Below are positions 7,932 through 17,551 of a DNA stretch of 64,000 bases, in pieces (positions within the stretch are counted from its first letter, which is position 1; the number at the start of each line of letters is the position of its first letter). The notes below the pieces were generated by a model that saw only the letters and a list, made by a program, of their open reading frames with translations, ran no database searches and was not told the DNA's origin. This stretch comes from an uncultured Bdellovibrionales bacterium (GTDB lineage Bacteria > Patescibacteriota > Minisyncoccia > Moranbacterales > UBA1568): contig CAYWLN010000001.1 of assembly GCA_964459475.1 (NCBI GenBank), forward strand, positions 6,137 to 70,136, read 5' to 3'. A program made the position numbers and the translations under genes.

Positions 7932-9382
7932 AGTTTGGATTCAGCTACTACTGGCCGATACATGAGATTCTCAGCGACATAGGGATTGTCTTTCTTCCAA
8001 ATGACGTTGTCAATGAAGTAGTGATGGATATTGAGAAACACCGTAAAGAAAAAGAAATAAAGCGATGTCCCAAACACTGTGGTCGAGTAACTGAGCCACG
8101 CTGGCGCTGTCCCCTGAGCGACCCAAAGATCCAGCCAAATCGGGATACAGGCAAAGAAGAGCGCTCCCAGGAAATAGGCAGAACCAAAAAACGTCGCTAT
8201 CCCCCATTTGCCTCGTGCCTGCCGATGATATAGGAGCGTGAGCATCCCGACAGAGAGACAGAGGAGTATGCCGGTGACCCAGCCTATCACAGTGAATCCC
8301 GATGGAAGCGTCGCGATATAACGATCAAGGGTGAGAGTAGCCGACTCCTCGAGTGACAGACCGATTAACACCGCCGGCAAGAGGAGGAGGAAAGCACCGC
8401 CCCAGAGGTTGTAGCGACTCGCTGTATTCCGCGTCACTGGAGTGTCTCCTTCTTCACGGATGGCCTGATTGCGTCTCGCAGCAAAAACAAAGAGGAGGTA
8501 CTGGAGTGAATGAAACAGTGGGATGATATAAAAAAAATGCGGGTGAGAGAGGGCCGGAATGTACCAGAGGTAGATCGAAACGAGTGCGATTACGGCCGAG
8601 ACTGGCGGGATCACCCGCGAAATGATGTACTTCACGATAAACATAGCAATGAGGAGATTACTCGCGACAAAGAGCACCTGCTCCGAGAGATTGAGCCACA
8701 GAGGCGGGAGCGTCCAAGCGGTATAGGGCACCTGATAGAACATATTGTGCGCTCCCGAAAGATTGGCCGAGAAGAAAGACAGAGCCCACAAGAGGTAGAG
8801 TGGCAAGAGGATTGCTGTACGCTCGAGACGATTATAGTACACTTTTTTTGCGGCTGAAAGTACGACCACACAGCCAAATATCTGCTTGATATAATGCCAA
8901 CCGACAAAAAAGAAGAGAGCATTCACGAGGTAGCCCATGAGCATGATACTCCCCTGCGACTTGGCGTAAAGAAAATACCCGATGAGAAGTACCGGGACAG
9001 CGAGCCCTGCCCACCACATCTTGATCGTAAATCTCCGTCCCGTTCGTAGCGATCCAAACGACTGGCGAGCATCGCCATACATGAGGAGATAGGAAGCAGC
9101 AAAGTGCGGGAAATTGATGAGAAACGCGGCGTAGTAGAGTGCGATGGACCAAGTAAAGATATCGGCACCTTTACTCACTGCCACTTGGAGTACGATATAG
9201 GCGATGATAGATACTCCCCCGACGAGCATGCTATCGAGAAAGGGTGAGACGAGTGACGTCTGACTCGGTGCAAACCAACCTCGAACCATCTTTATTATGC
9301 GCATACAAGCCTTGTTACATGACCCTATTGTATCACGAAACAGCCTGTGGTATACCACCACACCAACATACCCCAAGCACAT
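7928..9382 (-). CDS. Polytopic integral membrane protein of unknown function (about 12 TM segments; true start probably near MRIIKMVRGW)
   Basis: Long hydrophobic segments throughout. No identifiable catalytic motif. Confidence 0.45.
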   Translation of the reverse strand: MCLGYVGVVVYHRLFRDTIGSCNKACMRIIKMVRGWFAPSQTSLVSPFLDSMLVGGVSIIAYIVLQVAVSKGADIFTWSIALYYAAFLINFPHFAASYLLMYGDARQSFGSLRTGRRFTIKMWWAGLAVPVLLIGYFLYAKSQGSIMLMGYLVNALFFFVGWHYIKQIFGCVVVLSAAKKVYYNRLERTAILLPLYLLWALSFFSANLSGAHNMFYQVPYTAWTLPPLWLNLSEQVLFVASNLLIAMFIVKYIISRVIPPVSAVIALVSIYLWYIPALSHPHFFYIIPLFHSLQYLLFVFAARRNQAIREEGDTPVTRNTASRYNLWGGAFLLLLPAVLIGLSLEESATLTLDRYIATLPSGFTVIGWVTGILLCLSVGMLTLLYHRQARGKWGIATFFGSAYFLGALFFACIPIWLDLWVAQGTAPAWLSYSTTVFGTSLYFFFFTVFLNIHHYFIDNVIWKKDNPYVAENLMYRPVVAESKL

Positions 9383-9409
9383 CTCCTTGCATTAATGTTG
9401 GTGTGGTGG
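9356..9409. repeat. Perfect 15-bp inverted repeat (CCACCACACCAACAT / ATGTTGGTGTGGTGG) forming a long stem-loop with a 24-nt loop
   Basis: Read directly at 9356-9370 and 9395-9409. It lies in the roughly 300-bp non-coding region upstream of the membrane-protein gene. Confidence 0.5.
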
Positions 9410-9608
9410 TAAATTCGAGGCACGGGGCTGGGGGGTTTGAGAGGAGCTGGTAGTCGCTTGACTATCACATTACATGACAACACTCTGTAACCTTTCTCCC
9501 CCTCCCCTTCTCCCTCCCGCAACCGCGGCCACACATGACAAGACCTCTGGTACTCCCACGAGGTCTTAAAACTTTTTTAGACGCTTAGTATTCTATTTCT
9601 GGCACTCT

Positions 9609-10004
9609 CTATTTGTGAAGCTCATGGCCACTAGTCAGCCGGAATGTCATCATCTTGACCATAGTATCTGGCGTCACACGATCGCCGTAGTATCCTCTGT
9701 ATGTTTCGAGTCGCTCTTGATCGGAACCAAAACGTTCGTGACCATCGCTGATTTCATCTTCGCTTGTGATATCACCGAGACGTTTCTCGCGCAACGTGAT
9801 GATTTCTGCCTGAGCAAACTCCTCCCCACCGCCCACAAAACTGACATGGTCACCTGCTTGGAGATTCTTCTCATCAAACATCCGCCAAGTGCTCGTCTTC
9901 TCTCCAGACAACACCAAAGGAACCAGATTTGGAGCAAATTTCAGGGTTTTCATACTACTTCCCGTGACACCCGCCCACATCCGTCCCGGAAGTGTGTCGG
10001 GCAA
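9609..10004 (-). CDS. ASCH domain protein (PUA-like fold)
   Basis: 'KTLKFAPNLVPLVLSGEKTSTWR' matches the ASCH GxKxxExR-type motif. Size is about 130 aa. Confidence 0.6.
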   Translation of the reverse strand: MPDTLPGRMWAGVTGSSMKTLKFAPNLVPLVLSGEKTSTWRMFDEKNLQAGDHVSFVGGGEEFAQAEIITLREKRLGDITSEDEISDGHERFGSDQERLETYRGYYGDRVTPDTMVKMMTFRLTSGHELHK

Positions 10005-10010
10005 GCTTCT

Positions 10011-12713
10011 TTACTTTTTATGCTCTGGAGAGTTGATCATCCCGCAACGCTTGAACTTCAAACCGGAACCGCAAGGACAAGGGTCATTACGACCGGTGAC
10101 TTCTTGGTTCACTATTGGGGCTTGTTTCGAGGCCTCTCCAGACTGCGTACTCCCTCCGCCAGCTACCGCTTCACCCTTGAGCGTCGCGAACGATTCTATG
10201 TTTTCACTGGCACCGCGGAACTGCATCTCGCGGGGCTTTTCTTCCGTGAAAGGGTCTGTCCGTTGTTCTATCTTCATGATGGTCATGAGATAGGTCTTGC
10301 GCACGGTATCCATGAGACCGAGGAAGAGGTCAAAGGCCTCACGCTTGTATTCGATGAGCGGATCACGCTGACCATAACCCCGGAGTCCGATACCTTGACG
10401 CAGGTAGTCGATTTCATCGAGATGATTCATCCACAAGGTATCGAGTGAGCGGAGGTAGAGCGACTTCTGGATGGCGTTCCAGGTCTCCTTGCCGATCATG
10501 GTTTCCTTGGCCCGATAGATGACCTTGCCTTCACCGAGGAGATACTCGAGGATGAGACCTCGTTTCTCTATCTCGTCCTTGGAGCGATCGTCTCGGATAG
10601 ATTCCAGCTTTTTGAGAGCACTTTCCTCATCGAGGGCCGAGAACATGGCATTCCCTTCGTTCACGATCTCCTGCATATTCCACTCCCCCTCTTCGACTGA
10701 AGTGTGAAACGAGATGACATGGTCGAGTTCTTCCGAGAGGAGGCGCAGGGTCTCTTGTTCGAATTCGGTCATCTCGAGAATTGTACGACGCTTGCGGTAC
10801 ACTACCTCACGCTGTTTATTCATCACGTCATCGTAGTCGAGCACGTGTTTGCGGATATCAAAGTTGAAGCCCTCGATCTTCGACTGGGCACCTTCAATAG
10901 TCTTCGAAATAATGCCATTCTGGATCGGCTCGTTGTCTGGGAGCCCGAGCGTCGTCATCATGCTCTTCATCTTTTCACCACCGAAACGGCGCATGAGTTC
11001 ATCCTCGAGCGAGACAAAGAACTGTGACCTACCCGGATCACCCTGACGTCCGGCCCGACCACGGAGCTGATTGTCGATACGACGCGCCTCATGCCGTTCG
11101 GTACCGATGATGAGGAGTCCGCCCACTTCGCGCACGCCATCACCGAGTTTGATGTCAGTCCCACGGCCAGCCATGTTGGTGGCGATAGTGATAGCGCCTT
11201 TCTGACCGGCGAGAGCAATAATCTGGGCTTCCCGTTCGTGGTTCTTGGCGTTCAAAACCTCATGCGTGATACCCTCGCGTGTGAGCAGTGCCGAGAGATA
11301 CTCAGATTTTTCGATGGCCACGGTACCGATGAGGACCGGCTGGCCAGTCGCGTGCACGCCCTTCACATGCTCCACAATGGCCTGGAACTTGGCTTCTTCA
11401 GTCTTGTAGACAATATCTGGGAGGTCCTGGCGCGTCATGGGACGATTGGTCGGGATCTCGAGGACATCGAGCTTGTACACCTTGGCCAATTCCTCGGCCG
11501 AGGTCGAGGCGGTACCCGTCATACCAGCCAGTTTATCGTAGAGTCGGAAATAGTTCTGAAAGGTGATAGTAGCGAGGGTCTTCGACTCCCTTTGGACGGT
11601 CACGCCTTCCTTGGCTTCGATCGCCTGGTGGAGTCCCTCGCTGTAGCGCCGACCGGGCATGAGGCGCCCCGTAAAGTCATCGACGATGATAACCTGATCG
11701 TCCTTCACCACGTAGTCACGATCGAGCTTGAAGATGATATTGGCCTTGAGTGACTGCTCGAGGTGATGAACATACTGGACATTGCCGGATGCGTAGATAT
11801 TCTCCATACCGAGGAGGCGCTCCACCACGTTCATACCCTCGTCGGTAAGGGTCACGGCTTTCATCTTTTCATCAACCGCGTAGTCGGTCCCAGCCTTGAG
11901 ATTGGGCACAATCTTGGCAAAGCGCTCGTAGAGCTTGGTCGACTCACTGTCCGGAGCAGAGATGATGAGTGGTGTCCGCGCCTCATCAATGAGAATCGAG
12001 TCTACTTCGTCGACGATGGCAAAATGGAGTGGTCGCTGGGTCATCTCCTCGAGGGTAGACACCATATTGTCACGGAGATAGTCGAATCCAAACTCGTTGT
12101 TGGTCCCGTAGGTGATATCGGCCGCGTAAGCCTCTTTGCGCGTGATAATGAGAAGATTCTCCACCTGCCTGCCGGTAGGCAAGGTCTCGACGCTTACCTC
12201 ATCGGTGTCCTTGATCTTGGATACGTACTGGTACGATATGCCCTGCCCGACGATACAGGCGGTCGTGAGTCCAAGAGCTTCATACACTTTGCCCATCCAG
12301 TTACAGTCACGTTTGGCCAGGTAGTCATTGACCGTCACGACATGGACCCCCTTGCCAGTGAGCGCATTGAGGTAAATAGGGAGAGTCGAAGTAAGAGTCT
12401 TTCCTTCTCCAGTCTTCATCTCGGCAATCTTGCCCTGATGCAGTGCGATGCCACCGAGCATCTGGACATCGTAGTGACGTTCACCGATCACCCGCTTGGC
12501 CACTTCCCGGACCACGGCATAGGCCTCGGGCAAAATATCATCAAGCGTCGCCCCCTTGGCGAGGCGCTCTTTGAATTCAGTTGTCTTCCCCCGGAGCGCT
12601 TCATCGGAGAGAGAGGTCAGGGTCGCGTCAAAGGTATTGATGGTCGCCACCATCGGCCGGAGACGGTTCACCTCACGTTCGTTTGAACCAAAGAGTTTTT
12701 CGAGGAATGACAT
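10011..12713 (-). CDS. secA: Preprotein translocase ATPase SecA
   Basis: 900 aa with DEAD-like motor motifs and a C-terminal zinc-binding 'CPCGSGLKFKRCGM'. Confidence 0.95.
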   Translation of the reverse strand: MSFLEKLFGSNEREVNRLRPMVATINTFDATLTSLSDEALRGKTTEFKERLAKGATLDDILPEAYAVVREVAKRVIGERHYDVQMLGGIALHQGKIAEMKTGEGKTLTSTLPIYLNALTGKGVHVVTVNDYLAKRDCNWMGKVYEALGLTTACIVGQGISYQYVSKIKDTDEVSVETLPTGRQVENLLIITRKEAYAADITYGTNNEFGFDYLRDNMVSTLEEMTQRPLHFAIVDEVDSILIDEARTPLIISAPDSESTKLYERFAKIVPNLKAGTDYAVDEKMKAVTLTDEGMNVVERLLGMENIYASGNVQYVHHLEQSLKANIIFKLDRDYVVKDDQVIIVDDFTGRLMPGRRYSEGLHQAIEAKEGVTVQRESKTLATITFQNYFRLYDKLAGMTGTASTSAEELAKVYKLDVLEIPTNRPMTRQDLPDIVYKTEEAKFQAIVEHVKGVHATGQPVLIGTVAIEKSEYLSALLTREGITHEVLNAKNHEREAQIIALAGQKGAITIATNMAGRGTDIKLGDGVREVGGLLIIGTERHEARRIDNQLRGRAGRQGDPGRSQFFVSLEDELMRRFGGEKMKSMMTTLGLPDNEPIQNGIISKTIEGAQSKIEGFNFDIRKHVLDYDDVMNKQREVVYRKRRTILEMTEFEQETLRLLSEELDHVISFHTSVEEGEWNMQEIVNEGNAMFSALDEESALKKLESIRDDRSKDEIEKRGLILEYLLGEGKVIYRAKETMIGKETWNAIQKSLYLRSLDTLWMNHLDEIDYLRQGIGLRGYGQRDPLIEYKREAFDLFLGLMDTVRKTYLMTIMKIEQRTDPFTEEKPREMQFRGASENIESFATLKGEAVAGGGSTQSGEASKQAPIVNQEVTGRNDPCPCGSGLKFKRCGMINSPEHKK

Positions 12714-12873
12714 AGCTGGGACAGCTTTTAGCTAATAGCATTGAGCTTTTAGTTGCAAGCAGTGATTATAAATCAATAAGAACCCTTCTATTCTAGCAAG
12801 GATAGAGTGGTCAGTCAAAAGAAAAATCCCGTTCTTAAAACGAGACATTTCCCTTATCTAAGCCACTAATTTA

Positions 12874-13224
12874 CTAAAATCGAGCGGATTCGTCGACGGT
12901 CAGTTTCTTCTTGATGGAACGACTGCCGCGAAGTTTCAGATCACGATTGCGGTTCTTTTTCTTGTCAATCTGGGCCTCGAGCTCGTCAATCACGACATCG
13001 GTTGACCCTTCAATACTCACTGTTGTTTCTTCAGCCCGATAGAGGTTGTGCGGGGTCTTGACCATGATTTCTACTCGAAACTTGCCTTTCTTGTCCTGAT
13101 CAATCTCAATCGAAAAGTCACTCACTGGATCAACGAGTTTCTCGATACGCGCCAAGCGCTTCTCGATATAGTCTCTCGTCCGGTCATCGATCTCCACTCC
13201 TTTGAATAAAAAGCGCGTATTCAT
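12874..13224 (-). CDS. hpf: Ribosome hibernation-promoting factor / ribosome-associated inhibitor (HPF/RaiA family)
   Basis: 116 aa, 'KGVEIDDRTRDYIEKRLARIEKL...FRVEIMV' typical of the sigma-54 modulation/YfiA family. Confidence 0.8.
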   Translation of the reverse strand: MNTRFLFKGVEIDDRTRDYIEKRLARIEKLVDPVSDFSIEIDQDKKGKFRVEIMVKTPHNLYRAEETTVSIEGSTDVVIDELEAQIDKKKNRNRDLKLRGSRSIKKKLTVDESARF

Positions 13225-13372
13225 ACCCCGTGGTACTACTTCGACAATTTATCTCACATAAATTGAAGCGGTAGCATAGTATACAGATTAGCCAACGATT
13301 CCACTCATAATATTAGATTTCAAATGCCTCGTCGAAGTTGTCCCACCGGGCAGGCTCGTTTCATGAAAGAAA

Positions 13373-13621
13373 TTAGAGTCCGTAAGCAGTCGAGAGCGTG
13401 CTCAAGAAAAACGGGACCGCAAAAACGAGTCCGATAAGAGGGAGTACAAACGCGACGAGTGTCGCAATCATCGTCCATAAGAAGTACTTGCGCGTCTTCT
13501 CAACAGACTGATAGATCTGCTCGAGCCGTTCATCCTGCGCCTCCAGTTTTTTCTTGAGTTCTGGGTCCATACCCATAGTATAGCACTCCTTGAGAAAGAA
13601 AAAAGGCGCTTCCCCTAGCAA
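13373..13621 (-). CDS. Small membrane protein (probable start MGMDPELKKK at about 13573; coiled N-terminus, one C-terminal TM)
   Basis: The listed N-terminal extension is the terminator hairpin read as protein. Confidence 0.3.
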   Translation of the reverse strand: MLGEAPFFFLKECYTMGMDPELKKKLEAQDERLEQIYQSVEKTRKYFLWTMIATLVAFVLPLIGLVFAVPFFLSTLSTAYGL

Positions 13622-13632
13622 GGGAAGTCGCC
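13597..13632 (-). terminator. Rho-independent terminator (stem GGCGCTTCCC / GGGAAG(T)CGCC followed by a T-run on the minus strand)
   Basis: Read directly. Lies just downstream of the stop of the 13639..13917 minus-strand ORF. Confidence 0.5.
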
Positions 13633-13638
13633 TGTTGT

Positions 13639-13917
13639 TTACCCATCGGATTGGTGGTCCCGATCCTCAAAGGCGCCTACTTGTCTCGGCTGAACCCGAA
13701 AGGCATTGATACCGAAATATTCATCCGGCGTTTGCATGTCCGTTCCAGCTTCCGATGGAAGGCGTGCTTCCAAATCGTGAGTGGCACAATACTCTCCACA
13801 GTAGGACCCATGAGACCAGGTCGATGTCACCTGAAAAACTTGGCCGCACCGTGTTTCAATTCGGTTGTTTCCTATCACCTGCACCGAAAGCAGGCAAGTG
13901 CAGGTCAACTGCGTCAT
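13639..13917 (-). CDS. Small Cys-rich hypothetical protein (7 Cys in 92 aa)
   Basis: ORF between murB and its own terminator, same orientation as the operon. A plus-strand ORF (13651..13989) overlaps it, so the call is uncertain. Confidence 0.3.
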   Translation of the reverse strand: MTQLTCTCLLSVQVIGNNRIETRCGQVFQVTSTWSHGSYCGEYCATHDLEARLPSEAGTDMQTPDEYFGINAFRVQPRQVGAFEDRDHQSDG

Positions 13918-13985
13918 GCTCTACCTCGCTTTCCAAAAAAACTACTATGGGTTCATTATACACCTAAAAAAATGGGGGGTAATTT

Positions 13986-14918
13986 CTAAAACCCGACAAA
14001 CTGCACTTCTTCTTGGAGTTTTACACCGAGTTCGTCGCGGACACGGGTCTTGACGAGGCTCGCGAGCATAACGATATCAGCCGCAGTAGCAGTGCCGGTA
14101 TTCAAGAGATAGTTCGGATGCTTTGGACTCACCTGGGCACCTCCGAGCACCTTGCCCCGTAGTCCCACATGATCGATAAGCCAGCCTGCGGGGAGCTTGC
14201 CATCCTTGGAGGCGTTGCCGGTATCCTTTTCAAATTCTTTGAGTAAGTGTTCGTCCTTTACTACTGGATTCATAAAAAATGAGCCAGCACACTTGGCATC
14301 CTGAGGATGCTTGGACTCACGAGTAGCCATGGTTTCTTTGATGATACGCTCGAGGAGTGCCTCATCGCCCCCCTCGTGGAGGGTGAGCTCAGCCGAGAGG
14401 ACCACCAATGACGGATGCTTCTTAAAATGGCTTGTTCGGTAGGAAAATTCACATTCAGCCTGGATGTACTCATGTACCATGCCCGTCTTCTGATCCAGTG
14501 CCTTGACTGAAGTCACGTACTGCCCTATTTCTGTCCCAAAGGCCCCGGCATTGCCTCGCACTGCCCCGCCAAATGACCCGGGGATACCGGCGAGTTTCTC
14601 GATCCCCGAGAGTCCCGCGTCCTTGGCTGACCAGACGACGTTCATAAGAGGGACACCAGCTCCCACCATGATTTTTGCTCCCTTCACCTTGATACCCCCA
14701 GGGACAATCCTGACCACAATCCCCGGGAAGCCTTTGTCTGCAAAAAGAATATTACTCCCCCCACCAAGAACCCAGAGCGGGAGTTTGTGCTTTTCGGCAT
14801 AGTCAAAAACCTCGGAGAGTTCAATCGCACCCGAAGCCTCGGCGTAGTAACGTGCTTCTCCCCCGACCTTGAAAGTAGTGAGTGGGGCGAGCGACACATG
14901 TTCACGAAGCGCAATCAT
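13986..14918 (-). CDS. murB: UDP-N-acetylenolpyruvoylglucosamine reductase
   Basis: N-terminal 'LAPLTTFKVGGEARYY...LGGGSNILF' FAD-binding motif. Confidence 0.9.
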   Translation of the reverse strand: MIALREHVSLAPLTTFKVGGEARYYAEASGAIELSEVFDYAEKHKLPLWVLGGGSNILFADKGFPGIVVRIVPGGIKVKGAKIMVGAGVPLMNVVWSAKDAGLSGIEKLAGIPGSFGGAVRGNAGAFGTEIGQYVTSVKALDQKTGMVHEYIQAECEFSYRTSHFKKHPSLVVLSAELTLHEGGDEALLERIIKETMATRESKHPQDAKCAGSFFMNPVVKDEHLLKEFEKDTGNASKDGKLPAGWLIDHVGLRGKVLGGAQVSPKHPNYLLNTGTATAADIVMLASLVKTRVRDELGVKLQEEVQFVGF

Positions 14919-14930
14919 TTGAAAGGAGAA

Positions 14931-16343
14931 TCAACGTTTAGCGAGCGCATGAGATATCTCCCACACATTGCCCGCACCTACGGTAATAATAACATCATTT
15001 CGGCCCATTGTCTTCTCGAGTTCGGTCGTGAGTGCCATGCTATCAGTTACGTACTCTGCCTTGCCAGGAAAATAACGATTGAGTTCGTTCACCAAGTCAG
15101 CCGACGACACATGACCCGCGACTTCTCGCGCACTGCCATAGATATCAAGGACATACACCCGATCGGCATCATCAAAGCTCTGGGCGAATTCCGAGAGGAG
15201 TGCCTCGGTCCGGGTGAATGAATGTGGATGAAAAATGGCAGTGATTTTTTTATCAGGATAGAGGTCACGGAAAGCTCGGAGCGTCACGCGGAGTTCCTCT
15301 GGATGATGGGCATAGTCATCGTAGAGCATCGCTCCATAGCGCTCACCGATATACTCAAAGCGTCGCTCAGTCCCCGTGAACCGCTCAATGGCCCCAGTCA
15401 CTCGCTCATTCTTGAGGCCCAGGGTCGAGAGGAGTGTCACCACGGCCGTGGCATTCAAGGCATTGTGGACTCCAGCGAGACGAAGTCGATAATTCTCGGT
15501 CTGCCCTGCTATGACCACTGAAAAGCTCTGGCGAAACATGTACTTTTCGGTCACAAATCCCGGTGTGACGGGCGTATAGTCAGTCACCCGGAACTCTGCC
15601 TCCTTATGAGTCCCGTAGGACACTTTGCGACAGTGAGCATGCTCCGCTATCCGGACGACACTGGCTGAATCAGTGCAATAAACAAGGACTCCCTGGGCGG
15701 GAATACGAGCGACAAAATCGATAAATGCCTGCTCGTAGGCCTGTTCGGTCGGGAAAAAATCCGGATGATCGTAGTCGACACTGGTGAGGATGACCGCAAA
15801 AGGCTGGTAGTGAGCCAGTTTGTTCTGGTATTCGTCTGCTTCAAGCACGAGATAGTTCCCGTGGCCCGCGAGTGCGTTACCACCCCAGCTCATAATGCGA
15901 CTGCCGACGATAGCCGAAGGATCCTGACCGAGATAGTCAAGCGTATCTGCGAGGAGCGCACTCGTCGTCGTCTTGCCATGAGTGCCACAGACAGCAAGAG
16001 TGAGTTTTTCACGAGTCAGGAGGCCGAGCGCTTCGGGATAACTCAGTACCGGTCGCTTACTCGCCAGAGCGGCCGCGAGTTCCGTATTTCGCTCGGGCGT
16101 ATAGGCCGTCGAATAGATGATGAGGTCGGCATCATCCGGGATATGCTTGGGGTCAAACCCCTGCGCTACCACTATCCCGAGACGCGTGAGAATCTCATCA
16201 GTAAAAAAGACCTCGTCTGTATCGGATCCCGTGACCGCCATCCCATTCCGAAGGAGGAGCTCAGCCAAGGCCGTCATACCCGCCCCCTTGATACCAATGA
16301 GGTGCGGCTTTTTGTAGCGAAACAAAGAGAGAGTATCGGACAT
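14931..16343 (-). CDS. murC: UDP-N-acetylmuramate--L-alanine ligase
   Basis: 'IGIKGAGMTALAELLLRNGMAVTGSD' plus the Mur ligase central 'GTHGKTTT' P-loop. Confidence 0.9.
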   Translation of the reverse strand: MSDTLSLFRYKKPHLIGIKGAGMTALAELLLRNGMAVTGSDTDEVFFTDEILTRLGIVVAQGFDPKHIPDDADLIIYSTAYTPERNTELAAALASKRPVLSYPEALGLLTREKLTLAVCGTHGKTTTSALLADTLDYLGQDPSAIVGSRIMSWGGNALAGHGNYLVLEADEYQNKLAHYQPFAVILTSVDYDHPDFFPTEQAYEQAFIDFVARIPAQGVLVYCTDSASVVRIAEHAHCRKVSYGTHKEAEFRVTDYTPVTPGFVTEKYMFRQSFSVVIAGQTENYRLRLAGVHNALNATAVVTLLSTLGLKNERVTGAIERFTGTERRFEYIGERYGAMLYDDYAHHPEELRVTLRAFRDLYPDKKITAIFHPHSFTRTEALLSEFAQSFDDADRVYVLDIYGSAREVAGHVSSADLVNELNRYFPGKAEYVTDSMALTTELEKTMGRNDVIITVGAGNVWEISHALAKR

Positions 16344-16345
16344 AC

Positions 16346-17464
16346 CTAGCGGACAATAATCGAACGGATACCAGTCGCTATCGCCTCGGCAGCATCCGGA
16401 TGATGAAAGGCCGAGAGCTTCTCGCCCATCGACTGACGGAGGTCTGGGTTATTCACGAGCTCGATAATTTTTTGGGTCAAGAGATGCTCACCGAGGTTCG
16501 GCTCTTCGAGGACGATGGCTCCCCCGATAGCAGCGACATCATAAGCATTCATCCGCTGTTCATCATTGGCGGCCCCAAGGAGTGGCACGAGGATAGTAGC
16601 CTTCTTGGTCGCCGCGAGTTCAGCGATAGAGCCAGCGCCTGCCCGCGAAAGGACTACAGTCGCCAAAGCCAGAGCGTCCGCGAGTTCGGGCGCGGTCAAG
16701 AAATCACGCACCACGTAGCCATTGCCTGGTGCAATGCCATTTTCTGTGAGTACCTTTTGGATGGTATCAAAGTTCTGTTTGCCTGACTGATGAATTATCT
16801 GGATACCAGCCTGGAGAAGCTCGAGGAGAATCCGGAGGACAGCTTCATTCAAGACCATTGCCCCCTGGCTGCCGCCTAAGACGAGGAGAGTCGGTTTGTT
16901 GAGAGATAAGCCATAGGTACTTGTCGCACGACTGGCATCACCCGAGAGTATCTCAGCCCTCACTGGGTTCCCCGTGAGTGCGGTCTTGCCCTCAGGGAAA
17001 TACGTACGAGCGCTCGGATAGGCAATAGCGATCCGCGTCGCAAAGCGAGCGAGGAAGCGATTGGCGCGCCCAGCCACTGCGTCTGAATCATGGAGTACAA
17101 CCGGAATCTGGTAGAGCCAGGCGGCGATAACGACGGGGACCGAAGCCGATCCGCCCTTGGCAAAGACGACGTCTGGCATGTAGACAAAAAGTCGCCACAG
17201 GGACTGAATGATGCCAATCGGCACTTTGAAGGGATCGACAAAGTTTTGCCACGAAAAGTAACGGCGCATCTTGCCGGTCATGACATACTGCGCAGGGATA
17301 TTTTCAGCGGCCATGGCGTCACTCTCAAACTGGCCACGCGACCCAATAAACAAAAACTCTATCCCTTCGGGAAATTGTGCCCGAAGAGCGCGCGCCACAG
17401 CAATAAGTGGAAAGGTGTGTCCGCCAGAAACACCGCCAGAGAGGACCACGCGAGGAATAGCCAT
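16346..17464 (-). CDS. murG: Undecaprenyldiphospho-muramoylpentapeptide beta-N-acetylglucosaminyltransferase
   Basis: 'VLSGGVSGGHTFPLIAVARAL' N-terminal G-loop; GT28 family. Confidence 0.9.
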   Translation of the reverse strand: MAIPRVVLSGGVSGGHTFPLIAVARALRAQFPEGIEFLFIGSRGQFESDAMAAENIPAQYVMTGKMRRYFSWQNFVDPFKVPIGIIQSLWRLFVYMPDVVFAKGGSASVPVVIAAWLYQIPVVLHDSDAVAGRANRFLARFATRIAIAYPSARTYFPEGKTALTGNPVRAEILSGDASRATSTYGLSLNKPTLLVLGGSQGAMVLNEAVLRILLELLQAGIQIIHQSGKQNFDTIQKVLTENGIAPGNGYVVRDFLTAPELADALALATVVLSRAGAGSIAELAATKKATILVPLLGAANDEQRMNAYDVAAIGGAIVLEEPNLGEHLLTQKIIELVNNPDLRQSMGEKLSAFHHPDAAEAIATGIRSIIVR

Positions 17465-17551
17465 AGCAAGATAATTTATGATTTTCGATGTATGATTTTG
17501 GAATGGAGAGACGTACCAAAATCACAAAAATCGCGCCCCAAACATACACTT

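Noticed and set aside
9615-10448. 277-aa plus-strand ORF overlapping the ASCH and secA genes
   Set aside because: Fully antisense to two well-supported minus-strand genes (ASCH domain, SecA C-terminus). No motifs. Looks like a typical shadow ORF.
10704-12686. Several plus-strand ORFs (107, 220 and 307 aa) inside secA
   Set aside because: They lie antisense within the 900-aa SecA coding region. GC-rich antisense frames often stay open. No independent support.
17465-17551. Duplicated TATGATTTT and GATTTTGG/CCAAAATC inverted repeat between murG and ftsW
   Set aside because: Short AT-rich repeats with no following U-tract. They are consistent with an ordinary intergenic promoter/spacer and too weak to call a feature.
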